Shown: positions 59,463 to 64,000 of the stretch, one piece after another | How the letters are laid out: each line of letters starts with the position of its first letter | How positions within the stretch are numbered: the stretch's first letter is position 1 | Source of the DNA: an uncultured virus (IMG/VR IMGVR_UViG_3300036399_001211) | Taxonomy: Duplodnaviria; Heunggongvirae; Uroviricota; Caudoviricetes | Virus record (IMG/VR): IMGVR_UViG_3300036399_001211 | Reading direction: 5' to 3' (one strand) | Length of the DNA: 64,000 nt | Position numbers and translations under genes: made by a program | The notes under the pieces: generated by a model | What the model saw: only the letters and a program-made list of their open reading frames with translations | Told to the model about the DNA's origin: nothing | The model's database searches: none

Positions 59463-60727
59463 ATAAACCAAAAATCTTTGTAGAACTTGCTTCTTATCGT
59501 GATCCTCAATTGCCTATTACAATTGATGATATGTTGGAAAAAGCCGATAATCCTGATTTATTTAGTTTCGGTATTTGTTGGCAGTATGATGAAACCGAAG
59601 ATATAACCAGATATGATGATAGACCTAATTTCAGAATCCGTAAACATCATTATGATGAAAGCCAAGGATTAGGTTGGGCTAGAGCTATTACGAACGAGTT
59701 ATATGATGGTGAGGAATTGGTTCTACAATTGGATAGTCATCATAGATTCTTAAAAGGGTGGGATACTATGATGCTTGAAGATTTTTATCAGGCTAAAAAA
59801 TTTAGTGACAAACCAGTTTTAACAACATATCTAACTCCATTCGAACCACAGCAAGAAAAATATGAAGAATGTCCTTGCTTAATGAGTCAATATGAATTTA
59901 GTAGCGATAAACTTTTGATGAGTCGTCCATATCATATCATGGATTATAAACAAAGAGATTGTGTTATTAAAGCTCGAACAATCAGCGGTCATTTTTTCTT
60001 GGCTGATGGGTCTTTTGTAACAGATGTTCCCTACGATCCTGATATTTATTTTGGAGGTTATACCGAAGAAACAACTTTAAGCGTTAGAGCTTTTACGAAT
60101 GGTTATGATTTTTATAGCCCATATCGTCAATATATATGGCACGAATATACTAGAAATAATAGACCCAAACATTGGGAAGATCATGGTACAGAAACATCGG
60201 TAGGATATATAAAAACAAAAAAAACTAGCGGCGAAAGAGACATTTTAGCAAGAAATAAAACCCGTCAATTATTCGAACAAGAAGAACATAGCATAGACAT
60301 GGGAAAATATGGTTTGGGTACAGTAAGATCTTTGCATGATTATGAGGTTTATGGTGGATTTGATTTTAAGAAATGCAGAATACAAGACTATACATTAAAG
60401 GTTAAAACTCCTCCTAATCCATCAGATTGGGAAGATCAATTTATTTCACACAAATATGTTATAGATTGCGAATGGGATTTGGAATTTTTCAAAAAACACA
60501 ATTTTGAAGATCCTCAATTTATGACATTTGGATTTCAAAATAGTTCGGGTGCTGAAGTTTTTAGACATGATTTTACATTGGAAAACGGTAAAGAATACGT
60601 AACTCTAAAAAATAATAAATACAATGCTAGTTTTTATTCGATAGACAAACCATCTAAAATTGTAATGTATTTGTTTGATAAGGATAAACAGTGGGGCGAA
60701 AGATACGAAAAAAATATTAATGTATGA
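59459..60727 (+). CDS. GT60-like polypeptide/hydroxyproline alpha-GlcNAc transferase (Pfam GlcNAc family)
   Basis: IFVELASYRDP, QGLGWAR, YDGEELVLQLDSHHRF..GWD, VPYDPDIYF..EE. Confidence 0.88.
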   Translation: MNKPKIFVELASYRDPQLPITIDDMLEKADNPDLFSFGICWQYDETEDITRYDDRPNFRIRKHHYDESQGLGWARAITNELYDGEELVLQLDSHHRFLKGWDTMMLEDFYQAKKFSDKPVLTTYLTPFEPQQEKYEECPCLMSQYEFSSDKLLMSRPYHIMDYKQRDCVIKARTISGHFFLADGSFVTDVPYDPDIYFGGYTEETTLSVRAFTNGYDFYSPYRQYIWHEYTRNNRPKHWEDHGTETSVGYIKTKKTSGERDILARNKTRQLFEQEEHSIDMGKYGLGTVRSLHDYEVYGGFDFKKCRIQDYTLKVKTPPNPSDWEDQFISHKYVIDCEWDLEFFKKHNFEDPQFMTFGFQNSSGAEVFRHDFTLENGKEYVTLKNNKYNASFYSIDKPSKIVMYLFDKDKQWGERYEKNINV

Positions 60728-61899
60728 GAATAGCATTTATTTTAATTGGTAATAGTAGAAGAAGTAACTATCTTAATGGTGAAACGTTAAGATATGGCGG
60801 TGGTGGAGGCTCTGGAACGGATACTAGTACTATATTAGTAGCCGAATATCTAGCTTCTCAGGGACATGATGTGGTTGTTGTTACCGAAAAAATGGAACCT
60901 TTGCTTGAAGAGGCATATGCAAGAGAAGGAAAGTTTTTTCCTAAAGGTGATAAAATTAGAGGTGTGCAATATACAGACATAGATTTCAATTATATAGAAA
61001 ACAAAGAATTTGATGTTCTTGTTAATAGTTTGTGGTTTCATGATTACAATAAATTGCCTATAAAGGTTACTAAAAGTTTAATATATTGGTGTCATATGCA
61101 GTGGATTTATGGCATTGAGGAAAGTATCAATTATGCTAAAGAAAATAATCTAAGTCTAGGGTTTGTAAATATATCGGAATGGGAAAAATCAATGAATAAA
61201 GAGTTAATAGAACATACTATTAACCGATATGATAGGACCAAACACACTCTGATACCAAATCCTATATGCGACGATGTAATTAGAGAAGTTATTTCTCAAA
61301 ATATAGAAAAAAAACCGCATAAATTTGTATTTCATGCGTCATGGGCAAGAGGTGGTAATGTTGCGGTTGAAGCAGTAGAACGTTTAGACTTTCCCGATAA
61401 AGAGTTTCATGCGTTTGATTATTTAATAACTATACATGATCACAAATACCCGTTTTTTAGACGTCATGATGGTGTCGATAAATCAACTTTATTTAAACAT
61501 ATAGCCGAAAGCGAATATTTTCTATATCCTCTATACACGCCCTATCAAGATGTACACAAAGACACATTTTCTTGTGTTGTAGCCGAAGCAATAGCTCTTG
61601 GGGCGATACCTATAACATACCCATTAGGAGCTTTACCTGAAAATTTTGAAGGATATTGTCAGTGGATTAAATTTCCAGATGGAATTGATCCTGAAGTTTT
61701 ACAAAAAGAAGCACTAACCAAAGATTTAGATGGAAAGTTTAAAAATAACATCGATAATATAATAGATTCTATAAATTATTTGGAACAAAATCCAGAAATT
61801 AAAAATAATATAAGAAAAACAGGTCAAAGTCATATGTTAGATAATTTTAATGTTAATAGAGTCGGAAATATGTGGACTGATTTTATTAAAAATCTATAA
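60724..61899 (+). CDS. GT-B glycosyltransferase (GT4-like)
   Basis: GGSGTDT...EYLASQGHDV; ISEW; IPNP; DTFSCVVAEAIALGAIPIT. Confidence 0.85.
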   Translation: MRIAFILIGNSRRSNYLNGETLRYGGGGGSGTDTSTILVAEYLASQGHDVVVVTEKMEPLLEEAYAREGKFFPKGDKIRGVQYTDIDFNYIENKEFDVLVNSLWFHDYNKLPIKVTKSLIYWCHMQWIYGIEESINYAKENNLSLGFVNISEWEKSMNKELIEHTINRYDRTKHTLIPNPICDDVIREVISQNIEKKPHKFVFHASWARGGNVAVEAVERLDFPDKEFHAFDYLITIHDHKYPFFRRHDGVDKSTLFKHIAESEYFLYPLYTPYQDVHKDTFSCVVAEAIALGAIPITYPLGALPENFEGYCQWIKFPDGIDPEVLQKEALTKDLDGKFKNNIDNIIDSINYLEQNPEIKNNIRKTGQSHMLDNFNVNRVGNMWTDFIKNL

Positions 61900-61903
61900 T
61901 TTT

Positions 61904-62611
61904 ATGAATAATCAAGAAAACTTAACAAACTATTATAAAACTTTTAGTAAAGATGGTAACATCCCTACTGATCATATCACTTATTTACATCGTATAAAAA
62001 ACGAATTAGGTATAAATCCAAAAGTAATATATGATATTGGTTCTGCTGTTTTACATTGGACCAAAAATGCAAAAGAAGTGTGGCCTAATTCTAAAATATA
62101 CGCATTTGAGGCTGTTAGAGAGGTAGAAGATTTTTACAAGGATTATCCAATAGATTATGCTTTAGAGGTTTTTACTGACGTTGATGATAGAGAAATAACT
62201 TTTTATGAAGATCCTATATGTTTAGGTGGAAATTCTTATTATAGAGAAAATAAACATTTTTCTCCTGTTGCCGAAAAATTATATAGTGACGAAAAAGGAA
62301 ACAGAAGAATTGGTTATACTATCGATACTATCGTAAAAAGAAATAATTTTCCTAGTCCAGATTTTGTAAAAATTGATGTACAGGGAGCAGAATTAGATGT
62401 TTTAAAGGGGATGACAGAAACTTTAAAGACTGTACAACATTTAATAATAGAGTTACAACACGTTGAATACAATATAGGCGCTACCTTAGTAGATGAGTCA
62501 ATTTCTTTTATAAAAAATTTAGGGTTTGAGCTTGTTCCTTACAAAGAAACCTTATATTTTTGTGGTAATGGTCCAGACTGTGATTATCATTTTAAAAGAA
62601 AAACTGCTTGA
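61904..62611 (+). CDS. FkbM-family methyltransferase
   Basis: IYDIGS, YAFEA, KIDVQGAELDVLKG; likely start MNNQE (61904). Confidence 0.9.
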   Translation: MNNQENLTNYYKTFSKDGNIPTDHITYLHRIKNELGINPKVIYDIGSAVLHWTKNAKEVWPNSKIYAFEAVREVEDFYKDYPIDYALEVFTDVDDREITFYEDPICLGGNSYYRENKHFSPVAEKLYSDEKGNRRIGYTIDTIVKRNNFPSPDFVKIDVQGAELDVLKGMTETLKTVQHLIIELQHVEYNIGATLVDESISFIKNLGFELVPYKETLYFCGNGPDCDYHFKRKTA

Positions 62612-62640
62612 AAATTTTAAGGTAGAAATTAATTAATATT

Positions 62641-63087
62641 ATGATTATCGAAGAAAATGTACAAAGCGTAACAAAAATTGAACAATCTTATGAATTTTTA
62701 TCTAAAATATTTTTAGAGTTGTTATCATTAAAACCAGAATTCAAATCCAGATTCCAAGCAGTAGCCCCCGAAATTTATGCTGATATTGAATCTGCTTCTA
62801 CTAATCCTAATTGTAGCTGTAGGAGTAAAGTAGAAAATTATGTTAATACCAATAGAGAAAAATCTTCGGTATTTTTAAATGATTTTCTACGAGATAACAA
62901 ATATAATATAATTTTAGAAGAAATTGAGAATAGATATAGGTTTGCTATATATCATGGTAAGGTCGAAAGGGTTAAAATATCCGAATGGCAAGAATTTTCT
63001 GACGGTTTAGCACAAAAACGAGCCGCTTATAGAGCATTTTCGGTTTCTCCTATTGATAGCGAATACGTAAATGTATTTTTCCTATGA
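62641..63087 (+). CDS. hypothetical protein with NPNCSC motif
   Basis: 148-aa ORF. Confidence 0.75.
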   Translation: MIIEENVQSVTKIEQSYEFLSKIFLELLSLKPEFKSRFQAVAPEIYADIESASTNPNCSCRSKVENYVNTNREKSSVFLNDFLRDNKYNIILEEIENRYRFAIYHGKVERVKISEWQEFSDGLAQKRAAYRAFSVSPIDSEYVNVFFL

Positions 63088-63377
63088 TTCTTTTTTATCT
63101 TTTAACCTATATTATATTAAGTTTGAGTGTTAGTTTTATGTGGAGCTTTTCGGATATATTTGCTCCGGTTAGAAATTTTATTGCCAGAATTCCATACATA
63201 AGAAAACCATTTTTATGTCCAGAATGTAGTAGTTTTTGGATGGGTATACTAACAAGTTTATTTTATAATCCACTTTTTAATATATTGGGAAATTATTCTT
63301 ATCCTTTTTGCGGATTATCAGTTCATTTATTTGCTTGTTTTTTATACAAGATTTATTTTAAATTAAATAAAAATTAA
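63084..63377 (+). CDS. small membrane protein with CxxC (DUF1360-like)
   Basis: FAPVR...LCPECSSFWMG with about 3 hydrophobic segments. Confidence 0.7.
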   Translation: MILFYLLTYIILSLSVSFMWSFSDIFAPVRNFIARIPYIRKPFLCPECSSFWMGILTSLFYNPLFNILGNYSYPFCGLSVHLFACFLYKIYFKLNKN

Positions 63378-63734
63378 TTTGATTTAGCAAACATTCTATT
63401 CGCGGGTGGTTGGTAATGGGTGTAGGCGTTCCAGTTGGTGTAAAAGTAGCCGTTTAAGTGGGTGTAGATGTAGGAACTGGTGTAGGAGTAGCGGTTATAT
63501 ATAAGCTGTGCTAGGATCTTTAGCTATATCAACCTCCAAAAAATTAGTACAATTACCTATAGAGGTTATTTTTATTTTACTAGCATCATATTCAGATAAG
63601 GTTACTTCTATACCATTTAATAATTGATCTCTTGTAGCATAAATAGGATTAATAACACCAAAATCAGTTGACAATTTAAAATTTGGCCCTAACCCAATAC
63701 TAAGTCCTCTATTTATTTTTAATCTTACTCTCAT
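63378..63734 (-). pseudogene. 79-aa ORF (63495..63734) followed by a decayed, out-of-frame PT tract
   Basis: After the stop the shifted frame reads [26 protein letters not shown]. Confidence 0.6.
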
Positions 63735-63769
63735 TATTTAAGTACTTATAAAGAAAAACATTTAAAAAA

Positions 63770-64000
63770 TTAATAATGTTTCTCATATTTCAAACTTCCG
63801 CAATCCCATATTCGATCAACGTTATTTAATTGCATATTTTCCCATTCGGTTAAAGTGTTATCAAATGTTTTTAATAATTTTGGAAGTTCTGATTTTCGGT
63901 AAGCAAATCTATGTTTTCTTTGGTTTTTTATGATATACCAGTAATTTGGTTGAGTTGTTCCTATCAGATCAAACCCTAGAGTATTATAAAGATTTCCGTC
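63770..64000 (-). CDS. 3' end of Hef-like homing endonuclease (GNAT-like C-terminal domain)
   Basis: Manual translation: GNLYNTLGF...PNYWY...RKHRF...TEWENM...RIWDCG; open to window edge. Confidence 0.75.
   Translation of the reverse strand, partial: DGNLYNTLGFDLIGTTQPNYWYIIKNQRKHRFAYRKSELPKLLKTFDNTLTEWENMQLNNVDRIWDCGSLKYEKHY

Noticed and set aside
1..64000. Stop-codon reassignment
   Set aside because: Genes up to 1560 aa are intact in code 11, TAA, TGA and TAG all end genes, and no suppressor tRNA is seen; the TGA anticodon is Ser

Overview
A 64-kb piece of an AT-rich, T4-like (myoviral) large or jumbo phage genome read in the standard genetic code. 1-13.9 kb (minus strand) holds small accessory genes, two different RNA ligases, a metallophosphoesterase, an HNH nuclease, dCMP deaminase, a DNA methyltransferase, a candidate unimolecular spanin, four tRNAs and a ~660-nt structured non-coding region with its own consensus promoter. 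14-56 kb is a large baseplate/tail-fibre region (gp6, gp25, tail collar, vWA, LamG, beta-propeller, PKD, LRR, Gly-rich and Cys-rich modules), and many of these proteins carry long Pro/Thr tracts. 56-64 kb holds the clamp loader, small terminase and a translationally coupled operon of UDP-galactopyranose mutase, a GT60-like GlcNAc transferase, a GT-B glycosyltransferase and an FkbM methyltransferase. Main leads: (1) a possible phage-encoded mucin-type O-glycosylation system acting on the PT tracts of virion proteins; (2) a tRNA with a 29-nt hairpin inserted in its anticodon, near two RNA ligases; (3) a large structured ncRNA; (4) nested and split domain architectures in the fibre proteins. All family calls come from motif recognition by eye; no searches were run.
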